From: an uncultured Bacilli bacterium
GTDB lineage: Bacteria; Bacillota_I; Bacilli_A; RF39; UBA660
Assembly (NCBI GenBank): GCA_947627925.1
Contig: CANQXW010000002.1
Span: forward strand, 9,575-73,574
Length of the DNA: 64,000 bases
Direction of reading: 5' to 3'
How positions within the stretch are numbered: the first letter of the stretch is position 1; the number at the start of each line of letters is the position of its first letter. Below are positions 48,943-56,475 of this stretch, in pieces. The position numbers and the translations under genes are program-made. The notes beneath the pieces are model-generated. The model did no database searches. It saw only the letters and a program-made list of their open reading frames with translations, and was not told the origin of the DNA.

Positions 48943-49802
48943 TTTTCTTCACCTTTAATCATTAATACCATTAATTCATCTAAAGTTATTTTATCAATAA
49001 CCATTCCCTTATATTTTTTCTTTAAAGCATTTTTATTTTTAATTAAAACTTCATAATTGTATTTATTATTTTGATATTTCAAAATATCACTCTTATCTAA
49101 TTTCTTAAACTCTTCAATACTACATTTTAAAATACCATAACTATCCATAATATTAGAACCTAAATCATCTAAAACTATTTGGCCTTGATCAATAAAGACA
49201 ATGCGGTCTGCGACATTTTCTAAATCACTCGTAATATGCGTAGATAAAATTATCGTATGATCCTCACTTTGCATAAAGTTTAAAAAGATATCTAACACTT
49301 CTTTTCTTACAACGGGATCTAAACCACTTGTTGGCTCATCTAAAATTAATAATTTCGGATGATGAGCAATTGAGGTAATTATTTCTAATTTCTTTTTCAT
49401 TCCTTTAGAAAAAGTTTTAATAGTTTTATCTTTAGGAAGATTAAATTCTTCCAAATATTTAAAATATAATTCTTTGTCCCAATTAGCATAAATATTTTTC
49501 ATGATTAAATTAATATCTAAAGGAGTTAAGATTTCCGGAAAAAACATATCGTCTAAAACAACACCAATATCTTTTTTATTGACTTCTTCCCCTTCTAAAT
49601 AATCGCGGTTAAATAATTTAATCTTCCCCTTATCAGGTTTAATAATATTTAAAAGGAGTTTAATTAATGTGGTTTTACCAGCTCCATTTTCGCCAATTAA
49701 ACCAATTATTTCGCCTTTAGGAATATTTAGATTAATAGGTCCTAAAGAAAATTTATCATAATTTTTACTTAAATCTTTAATTTCAATTATATTCATATTC
49801 AC
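48939..49802 (-). CDS. ABC transporter ATP-binding protein
   Basis: Walker A GENGAGKTT, signature FSKGMKKK, Walker B LILDEPTSGLD. Confidence 0.9.
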   Translation of the reverse strand: MNMNIIEIKDLSKNYDKFSLGPINLNIPKGEIIGLIGENGAGKTTLIKLLLNIIKPDKGKIKLFNRDYLEGEEVNKKDIGVVLDDMFFPEILTPLDINLIMKNIYANWDKELYFKYLEEFNLPKDKTIKTFSKGMKKKLEIITSIAHHPKLLILDEPTSGLDPVVRKEVLDIFLNFMQSEDHTIILSTHITSDLENVADRIVFIDQGQIVLDDLGSNIMDSYGILKCSIEEFKKLDKSDILKYQNNKYNYEVLIKNKNALKKKYKGMVIDKITLDELMVLMIKGEEK

Positions 49803-50170
49803 TCTCCATAAAATATATCTAATAAACTCTTAAATTCTTTTTTTGAAATATTATTTTTCTTCGCTATATTAACTGCTTCCATTAAATGCTTCTCTAATTC
49901 TTTCTGAGCAGTTTCTTTAATTAATTCTTTATTTTTCGGTGCAATAAAAGTTCCTTTCCCTTGAACCTGAATAATATAGCCTTCATCTTCTAATTCATCA
50001 TACGTTTTTTTAATCGTCATAATACTTATCTTTATTTCTTCTGCTAAACTTCTAATGGAAGGAAGAGAATCATTTTCTTCTAAATTGCCCTCTAATATTT
50101 CTTCAATAATGGCTTTTTTAATTTGCTCATAAATCGGAACCATACTACTATTACTAATAATTATTTTCAT
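49799..50170 (-). CDS. GntR-family (YtrA-subfamily-like) transcriptional regulator
   Basis: PIYEQIKKAI...LPSIRSLAEEIKISIMTIKKTYDELEDEGYI. It is short with no effector domain and leads an ABC operon. The preferred start is MKIII at 50170. Confidence 0.8.
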   Translation of the reverse strand: MKIIISNSSMVPIYEQIKKAIIEEILEGNLEENDSLPSIRSLAEEIKISIMTIKKTYDELEDEGYIIQVQGKGTFIAPKNKELIKETAQKELEKHLMEAVNIAKKNNISKKEFKSLLDIFYGE

Positions 50171-50180
50171 ATCTACCTCA

Positions 50181-50217
50181 TATATAACACTATATAACAC
50201 TATATATCACTTGTCAA
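50181..50217 (-). promoter_or_regulatory. promoter of the GntR-ABC operon overlapped by three tandem decamers (candidate operator)
   Basis: On the minus strand, TTGACA (plus 50212-50217), a 17-nt spacer, then TATAGT (50189-50194). The plus strand carries TATATAACAC TATATAACAC TATATATCAC at 50181-50210. Confidence 0.45.
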
Positions 50218-50421
50218 TATATAATGTTTAAAAAAAATATTCTACCATATATTCAAAGGTAATTACTCCTTAAATATACAAGTAGAATATATGTATAGCC
50301 TTCAGCTTAGAAGTGAAAGCTTTTAGAATTGGGGTAAATATTATTATCTTCATTATTTATTATTTTTTTTCATTAATAATTATCATTTATTCATAACTCA
50401 AAATTATTTTGCAACTTGTGT

Positions 50422-50531
50422 AATAAAAAAACGCCTAATTCAGCAATTAACTACCCCAACTTAAATTCGGCAACATCCAACACAGAAATATTTGAATGTT
50501 CCTTTTTTATTGTATTCAAGTTTCCTTGAAC
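50422..50531 (-). ncRNA. candidate small RNA (orphan copy of the module at 56.8 kb)
   Basis: It lies downstream of the promoter at 50538-50567. It has the 5' hairpin UGUUCAAG-GAAA-CUUGAAUA, then AAAAAAGGAACAUUCAAAUAUU..., and ends at a GCCgAAUU...AAUUaGGC stem followed by GUUUUUUU. The boundaries are inferred. Confidence 0.3.
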
Positions 50532-50537
50532 AATAAT

Positions 50538-50567
50538 ATTATAGCATGTAATGATTTTTTCTGCCAA
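50538..50567 (-). promoter_or_regulatory. sigma-A-type promoter (extended -10), copy A
   Basis: On the minus strand, TTGGCA, an 18-nt spacer, then TGcTATAAT. Confidence 0.5.
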
Positions 50568-50596
50568 AAAAAGATACTCTATTTCTAAAGTATCTT
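50564..50596 (-). terminator. intrinsic terminator of surface-protein gene 1
   Basis: On the minus strand, AAGATACT-ttagaaatag-AGTATCTT followed by T7. Confidence 0.7.
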
Positions 50597-50731
50597 CTCT
50601 ATACTAATTTGTAAATAATTGTTTTACAATTACCACAAGTTCTGTGGAAAGGTTTGTGAGAATGAACTTTAGGGTGTTTGCGAGTCCCTAAAATTTATTT
50701 AAACAATTTATTTACCAATTTAGTAACTTAA

Positions 50732-52219
50732 TTAGTTGTTTTCTTTTCTTTTTGTAGAAAAGCTAACTGTTAAGGCACTTACTAGACCTAATCCAGCATA
50801 AACTAAGATATTATCATTAGTTTTTGGTACATCTGGCACATTAGGGTTTGTGTCTTCTGGAGTTGTTCCTGGAGTGTTTGCTTCGTCTCCAGTACTTCCT
50901 TGTTGATCTTCAGGTTTTTTATCTGGTGCTTGAGCGCCATTACCTACTACCACGTTTCCATTTTCATCAGTTGTGAATTCAGCGCTAGCTAATGCTTTAA
51001 CAAAATCATCATCTGAATATTTTTCAGAACCTAATCTTATATCATTACCAATTAATCCGCCAATGAATTCTCCACCTGAAATCATATTTTTATGTTGATC
51101 AAGGAAATTTTTATCTAAGTCTTCAATATGCATAACTGGTAAATATTTGCCGTTATTTCCTTTTCCACTTGTAAATTTGCCTCCTGAAACAGCTAATTTA
51201 GTATCTTCGGTTACTCCCTTGATATAAACAGCATATTCATTAGCCTTTTTAGCAGTAAATTCTCCACCTGAAATTGCTACATCAACATATTTTGGTCCAT
51301 TATAAGTAGTACCGTCATCATTTTGCATTGCAAGCACTGCAATTGCATGGTTAGATTCACCATCGTGAACTCCTTTTTGATGTTGTGCATCAGTAGCTGT
51401 ATAAGTACCACCAGTAATACTAACTTTACCACTTCTAACAGTAACAGCTTGAGCACCTTTTACAGTACCATTAATAGTCCAAATACCATATCCTGATGCG
51501 TATAAAGCTGTTGCTTGATTTGATGTATATGTACCAGCATTTACATTAATTACTGGTGCATTTTTATCATATGCAATAAATCCGTTAACCTTTATTACAT
51601 AGCCTTCAGTAGTCCAAGTACCATCCATATCAATTGTTGTATTCTTAGCTGTAGAAATTCTACTTGAAACCGGGCCATTAACTCCTAAAACTAAACCATA
51701 TCCAGTAGAAGTAACAGTAACATCCTTTCCAAAAGATACAGCAGTTGTAAGATCTGTATTATCATTTCCTGCAACTAATACAACAGCTGAATTATCATCA
51801 TCCGTGGTACCATTGCCTTTTAATTCAACTGAACCTTCTACCTTTAAAGTAGATCCAGCCTCAACTTTAATTAATGGAACACCTGCACCAGCAACATTTT
51901 TAATAATTCCGCTAGTTCCTGTTATAGTAACATTAGCATCTGATTTTATTATAATGCTGTGTCCATTGGCAACAGTAATAGTTTTACCATTTAAATCAAG
52001 AGTGATATCTTTATCAATATCTCTATCTACTGATAAACTTGATGCCTTTAATACTTTGACTGTATCACCTTTTTGAGCATGATCTAAAGCATCTGTTAAA
52101 GAAGTTTCACATACATCATTTAGATAAGCTTCACCCATACATTCAACTTCAGCTCTAACACCCATAGTCATTACTAACATACTTAGTAATGCGATTGCAA
52201 ACATTTTTAAACTTTTCAT
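50732..52219 (-). CDS. secreted, C-terminally anchored surface protein with beta-helix-like repeats, paralog 1
   Basis: Signal peptide MKSLKMFAIALLSMLVMTMGVRA. Repeated SGG(T/E/K)F(T/I) turns. A Pro/Glu/Asp linker. C-terminal VPKTNDN, a hydrophobic helix and KRKENN. Confidence 0.8.
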   Translation of the reverse strand: MKSLKMFAIALLSMLVMTMGVRAEVECMGEAYLNDVCETSLTDALDHAQKGDTVKVLKASSLSVDRDIDKDITLDLNGKTITVANGHSIIIKSDANVTITGTSGIIKNVAGAGVPLIKVEAGSTLKVEGSVELKGNGTTDDDNSAVVLVAGNDNTDLTTAVSFGKDVTVTSTGYGLVLGVNGPVSSRISTAKNTTIDMDGTWTTEGYVIKVNGFIAYDKNAPVINVNAGTYTSNQATALYASGYGIWTINGTVKGAQAVTVRSGKVSITGGTYTATDAQHQKGVHDGESNHAIAVLAMQNDDGTTYNGPKYVDVAISGGEFTAKKANEYAVYIKGVTEDTKLAVSGGKFTSGKGNNGKYLPVMHIEDLDKNFLDQHKNMISGGEFIGGLIGNDIRLGSEKYSDDDFVKALASAEFTTDENGNVVVGNGAQAPDKKPEDQQGSTGDEANTPGTTPEDTNPNVPDVPKTNDNILVYAGLGLVSALTVSFSTKRKENN

Positions 52220-52248
52220 CTTTTTTCCTCTTTCCTTTCTATGCGTTA

Positions 52249-52279
52249 ATTATACCCCCCCCCGTATTCGATTTGTCAA
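52249..52279 (-). promoter_or_regulatory. consensus promoter with a G9 tract inside its 19-nt spacer (gene 1)
   Basis: On the minus strand, TTGACA (plus 52274-52279), aatcgaatac+GGGGGGGGG (C-run at plus 52255-52263), then TATAAT (52249-52254). The ATG is about 30 nt downstream. The -35 lies in one arm of the 10-bp inverted repeat GATTTGTCAA/TTGACAAATC (52270-52308). Confidence 0.7.
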
Positions 52280-52544
52280 TACTTATTTTTGCTAATTTTT
52301 GACAAATCATTATTTTTTACAAAAAAGATATAATTTCTTTATATTATATTTATTATTTTATATTTTGATTACAATTTAAAAAATTATATACTATTATCGT
52401 GTAAATAAGGATCATTCTAAAATAAAAAGAGAAAATTCACTTAGTAACTTTCTCAATTTATTATAATCCTACTCCTATTTCTAGTTGTAATTTTATTACT
52501 TCTGAAATAAAAAAATTTGTATTCAAGTTTCCTTGAACAATAAT

Positions 52545-52574
52545 ATTATAGCATGTAATTACTTTTTCTGCCAA
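52545..52574 (-). promoter_or_regulatory. sigma-A-type promoter (extended -10), copy B
   Basis: TTGGCA, an 18-nt spacer, then TGcTATAAT. The GAAA-tetraloop hairpin is followed here by ACAAAUUUUUUUAUUU, so the transcript would probably be very short. Confidence 0.45.
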
Positions 52575-52603
52575 AAAAAGATACCTTATTTCTAAAGTAT
52601 CTT
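52571..52603 (-). terminator. intrinsic terminator of surface-protein gene 2
   Basis: A 7-bp stem AAGATAC/GTATCTT followed by T7. Confidence 0.65.
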
Positions 52604-52738
52604 CTCTATACTAATTTGTAAATAATTGTTTTACAATTACCACAAGTTTTGTGGAAAGGTTTGTGAGAATGAACTTTAGGGTGTTTGCGAGTCCCTAAAA
52701 TTTATTTAAACAATTTATTTACCAATTTAGTAGCTTAA

Positions 52739-54196
52739 TTAATTGTTTTCTTTTCTTTTTGCAGAAAAGCTAACTGTTAAGGCACTTACTAGACCTAAAC
52801 CAGCATAAACAAGAATGTTATCATTTGTTTTTGCAGGTTCGTCTGGTAAACGACCTGTTGTTCCGTCTGCTGGAGTGTTTGCGTCTCCAGTATTTCCTTG
52901 ATCTTCAGGTTTTGTTTGATCTTCTGGTTTTTGTTCATCAGCAGGGGTGTTAGTATTAACATCACCTTTAACTAATTCAGCAGTAAATTCTTCATCAGTA
53001 TATTTTACGCCATCTACAGTAATTTCACCAACTACACCGCCAGTGAATGTTCCACCAGTAATCATATCTTTATGATTTTCAAACATAAGTTGAGCACTAG
53101 CATTATTAACATACATAGCTGGTAATTGAGTTCCTTTAACTGAATCTTTACCACTTGTAAATGTACCACCACTGATAGCTAATTTAGATCCTTCAACTAT
53201 TTTTCCGACATATATTGCATACGCATCTTCAGTATTAGCAGTAAATGTACCACCTGAAACAATTAAATTCATATATTCTGGATGATATGTAGAACTATCT
53301 TTCTTTTCGTCTCCTAAGATAGCAATAGCATGATTACCTTCGCCATCGTGAACACCTTCACCGTTTTTTGTATTAGTAGCTGTATAACTTCCTCCACTAA
53401 TATCTACCTTACCACTTCTAACTGCAACAGCTTGAGAGCCTTTTACAGTCCCACCATCAATATCCCATTCAGCATATCCTGATGCATATAATGCAGTTGC
53501 TTTATTTGAAGTATATGTACCTTCAGCTATAGTAATCTTCACAGGATTAGAACTTTTAGTAATATATCCATTAACTTTTACAACATAAGCATCTGTAGTC
53601 CAGGTACCATTCATTGTAATATCAATATTTTGAGCCGTTGTAGTAGATCCATCACCAACAACTAAACCATGTAATTTTGAAGTAGCGACAACACCTTTTT
53701 CAAAATATACAGTAGTATTGTTAGTATTGATGTTTTTTACTCTTACAACAGCAGAGTCAATTTCAGTAGCATTATTGACTAAATTAACTGAATCTTCTAC
53801 CTTTAATGTAGCTCCAGAATTTACAGTAATCAATGATGTTTTAACTGCTGCAACATTTTCAACTGTACCAGTTCCTTTCAAAGTAAGTTTTGCACCATTT
53901 ACTATAATTCCAGCACCATTAGTAGTAGTAAATTTAAGGCTCTTGCCGTTTAAATCAATAGTAATATTTTGACTAATTTCAATGGAACTGCTTTCTTCAG
54001 CATCAGCTTCTAGTTTAATTGTATCGCCAATTCCTGCTCCTCTAATAGCTGTAGATAAATCTGCATAACAAGTAAGTTTACCATCAACTAGTCTCGAATA
54101 CTCATCGTTACTATCTGTACATGATGCAGCATGTACACCTGTTGCCATTACAGCAAATGCCATAACAGCGATTGCAAACATTTTTAAACTTTTCAT
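52739..54196 (-). CDS. secreted, C-terminally anchored surface protein with beta-helix-like repeats, paralog 2
   Basis: Signal peptide MKSLKMFAIAVMAFAVMATGVHA. Shared blocks are TWTT..YV.KVNG, GTYTSN.ATALYASGY, VRSGKV and GVHDGE.NHAIA. The C-terminus is PAKTNDNILVYAGLGLVSALTVSFSAKRKENN. Confidence 0.8.
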   Translation of the reverse strand: MKSLKMFAIAVMAFAVMATGVHAASCTDSNDEYSRLVDGKLTCYADLSTAIRGAGIGDTIKLEADAEESSSIEISQNITIDLNGKSLKFTTTNGAGIIVNGAKLTLKGTGTVENVAAVKTSLITVNSGATLKVEDSVNLVNNATEIDSAVVRVKNINTNNTTVYFEKGVVATSKLHGLVVGDGSTTTAQNIDITMNGTWTTDAYVVKVNGYITKSSNPVKITIAEGTYTSNKATALYASGYAEWDIDGGTVKGSQAVAVRSGKVDISGGSYTATNTKNGEGVHDGEGNHAIAILGDEKKDSSTYHPEYMNLIVSGGTFTANTEDAYAIYVGKIVEGSKLAISGGTFTSGKDSVKGTQLPAMYVNNASAQLMFENHKDMITGGTFTGGVVGEITVDGVKYTDEEFTAELVKGDVNTNTPADEQKPEDQTKPEDQGNTGDANTPADGTTGRLPDEPAKTNDNILVYAGLGLVSALTVSFSAKRKENN

Positions 54197-54225
54197 CTTT
54201 TTTCCTCTTTCCTTTCTATGCGTTA

Positions 54226-54256
54226 ATTATACCCCCCCCCGTATTCAATTTGTCAA
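54226..54256 (-). promoter_or_regulatory. consensus promoter with a G9 tract inside its 19-nt spacer (gene 2)
   Basis: TTGACA (plus 54251-54256), aattgaatac+G9 (C-run 54232-54240), then TATAAT (54226-54231). Confidence 0.7.
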
Positions 54257-54533
54257 TACTTATTTTTGCTAATTTTTGACAAATCACTGTTTTTTACAAA
54301 AAAGATATAATTTCTTTATATTATATTTATTATTTTATATTTTGATTACAATTTAAAATCATCATTAATTAAATACATATTTTCCAAATATTTTCATATA
54401 TTAAATAATGCAGCTTTTCTTAAAAACAGACAATTTATTAAAATTTTAGCCGCTTCGGGAGAAAATATCTCCCAAATATTTACTTTTTCGCTAAAAAATG
54501 CTAATATAAGTACAAAAAGGAGATGAAATACAT

Positions 54534-55733
54534 ATGTTAATTCAATTTAAATTTAAAAATCATAAATGTTTTTATGACGAAACTTTTTTAGACTTATTAG
54601 CCACTCAAGAAAAAAGGCATTTGGAATCGACAATTAATGTCAATGGTTATAATATCTTACCAGTAATTGCTATTCATGGAGCTAATGCTTCTGGAAAAAG
54701 TAGTGCCTTAGAGGCTTTAGATTTCATGTTTGAACTTATCAAGTATTCAAATAAAACTGATATTAAAAATAATTTACCAGCAAATCCCTTTTTATTTAGT
54801 CAAAAAAGTGCTGATGAAAATAGCGAATATGAAATCTCAATTTGCTTAGGTGATTATGAATATCGTTACGGATTCTCATTAAATAAACAACAAATTGATG
54901 AAGAATGGTTATATGTTAAAAAATTTGCTATTAATACTAAAGCTTCCCAAAAAACTATTTTTGAAAGATCAAATAATAAAGTTACCTTTGGCAAAAATTA
55001 TGCTAAATATGAAAAAACTTGGAATTTATTTGGAAAAGATATTATTATAAATACTAATAAACTATTAGTTTTAAGTAATTTAGCCATTAAAGAAGAAACT
55101 GGTATTTTAAGAGATATTTATGATTATATTTGTAAATTTGATTTTAAACTAGCTAGCGAATTTCAAAAAGCCAGTATTGATATCTTAACCCAAGACGATT
55201 CAATATTTCAAAAATTTCAAAATATTATTAATGAATTTGATCCTTGTTTACTAGGAATTGAAATTGTTCCCGTAGAAACAGAAGAGGGAGAAAAATATAT
55301 TATTAGTGGTATTCATAAAAATATTGATAATTCTAAATTACCAATTTCAATCCCTATTCATAAAGAATCTGATGGTACTATTCGTCTTTTTGGTATTATA
55401 CCAAGAATTTTAAAAAATTTAGAAAATGGGGGATTATTATGTATTGACGAAATAGATATAAAATTACACCCTTTATTATTTAAAAAAATTGTAAGTATGT
55501 ATATGGATAAAACAATTAATAAAAATAATGCCCAGTTAATTTATACTTCCCATTCAACATTTTTATTTAATAGTAATACTTTACGAAGAGATCAATTATA
55601 TCTTGTCGAAAAAGATAACACTGGGAAATCCAAGTTATACTCTTTGTCAGAATTTAGAGATTTACGAGCTGATGCCGATTATGAAAAAAAATATTTAACT
55701 GGTCAGTTCGGAGCCATTCCATATGAGAAATAG
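54534..55733 (+). CDS. ABC/SMC-like AAA_21-type ATPase (defence-associated family)
   Basis: Walker A GANASGKSS, signature-like ESDGTIRLF, Walker B LLCIDEIDIKLHP and H-loop YTSHS. It is followed by an RloB-like gene. Confidence 0.75.
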   Translation: MLIQFKFKNHKCFYDETFLDLLATQEKRHLESTINVNGYNILPVIAIHGANASGKSSALEALDFMFELIKYSNKTDIKNNLPANPFLFSQKSADENSEYEISICLGDYEYRYGFSLNKQQIDEEWLYVKKFAINTKASQKTIFERSNNKVTFGKNYAKYEKTWNLFGKDIIINTNKLLVLSNLAIKEETGILRDIYDYICKFDFKLASEFQKASIDILTQDDSIFQKFQNIINEFDPCLLGIEIVPVETEEGEKYIISGIHKNIDNSKLPISIPIHKESDGTIRLFGIIPRILKNLENGGLLCIDEIDIKLHPLLFKKIVSMYMDKTINKNNAQLIYTSHSTFLFNSNTLRRDQLYLVEKDNTGKSKLYSLSEFRDLRADADYEKKYLTGQFGAIPYEK

Positions 55734-55741
55734 GTAAAAAT

Positions 55742-56430
55742 ATGGGAAGTGACAATTTATATAAAAGACGTACTACCGAAAGGCGTCAAAGACAAGAAAA
55801 TATAAAAAAGAACGCTCTAGTAATTGGTTAATAGTATGTGAGGGAAAGAAAACAGAACCAAACTATTTTACAAACGCTATTGAAGAAATTAATAAAAATA
55901 TTGATAGTAAATATAAATTTAAAGTCAAAATTGTTGGTAAAGGAATGAATACCAAATCTTTAGTTAAAGCGGCAGATTTACAAATTGAAATTGATAAATA
56001 TTCTTATAATGAAATACCATATGGAAAAATATTTGTTGTATTTGATAAAGATAGCTTTGATGCTGATGATTTTGATGAAGCAATAAAAATGTGTGAAAAT
56101 AATGGGTATATTCCACTATGGTCTAACCAAGCAATTGAATTTTGGTTTTTATTACATTTTAATTATATATTTTCTAAAATGAATAGAACAGAATATGCTA
56201 AAAAAATTAATGAATATTTTAAAAAGAAAGGGCTTAATTATAAATATAAGAAAAATGACAAAGAAATATACAATTTACTTTGTAAATATGGTTCATTAGA
56301 AAAAGCCAAAACAAATGCTAAAAAAATTATGAAGGAGTTTCAAGGAGAAAAACCATCATTATCAGAAAGTTGTACAAATGTATATAAATTCTTTGATGAA
56401 ATTGATAGTCGATTAAAAGAATTAAAATAA
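55742..56430 (+). pseudogene. RloB-like (Toprim-like) protein gene, interrupted at an A_AAA_AAG / A6 run
   Basis: ATG at 55742 gives MGSDNLYKRRTTERRQRQENIKKNALVIG*. The -1 frame continues ERSSNWLIVCEGKKTEPNYF...VVFDKD...WSNQAIEFWFLLHF (RloB signatures) to 56430. The A-run is at 55804-55809; A7 or a -1 slip restores the frame. Confidence 0.7.
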
Positions 56431-56446
56431 TTATATATGATTAAAC

Positions 56447-56471
56447 AAAAAAGGCACACTCTGCCTTTTTA
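56447..56471 (+). terminator. intrinsic terminator after the RloB-like gene
   Basis: AAAAAAGGCA-cactc-TGCCTTTTT. Confidence 0.65.
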
Positions 56472-56475
56472 ATTT

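Larger units (their letters stand above)
50511..52381. repeat. tandem repeat unit A (sRNA promoter, structured 3' UTR, surface-protein gene 1, G9 promoter)
   Basis: It aligns with 52518-54357. By eye, the flanks differ at about 6 of about 220 nt (3' side) and 3 of about 160 nt (5' side), while the coding cores are strongly diverged. Confidence 0.85.
52518..54357. repeat. tandem repeat unit B
   Basis: See unit A. The two units are separated by a 136-nt unique spacer (52382-52517). Confidence 0.85.

Noticed and set aside
50281-50460. Search for a decayed toxin ORF opposite sRNA-like copy A (for example, minus-strand MKIIIFTPILKAFTSKLKAIHIFYLYI)
   Set aside because: It has no Shine-Dalgarno sequence, is not a clean TM peptide, and is not positioned like the 56686 ORF. 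It is treated as chance.
50642-50690. Tiny conserved plus-strand ORF (V)RMNFRVFASP with a GGAAAGG upstream, inside the cassette 3' flank
   Set aside because: It is only 9-11 codons and lies antisense within the hairpin-rich 3' UTR of the surface-protein mRNA. Its conservation is explained by conservation of the flank as a whole.
52270-52308. 10-bp inverted repeat GATTTGTCAA...TTGACAAATC around the surface-protein -35, considered as an invertible promoter switch
   Set aside because: Only 19 nt lie between the arms, too short to carry an invertible promoter. No invertase or recombinase gene is nearby. It is more plausibly an operator or simply a duplicated -35. It is kept only as a note in the promoter feature.
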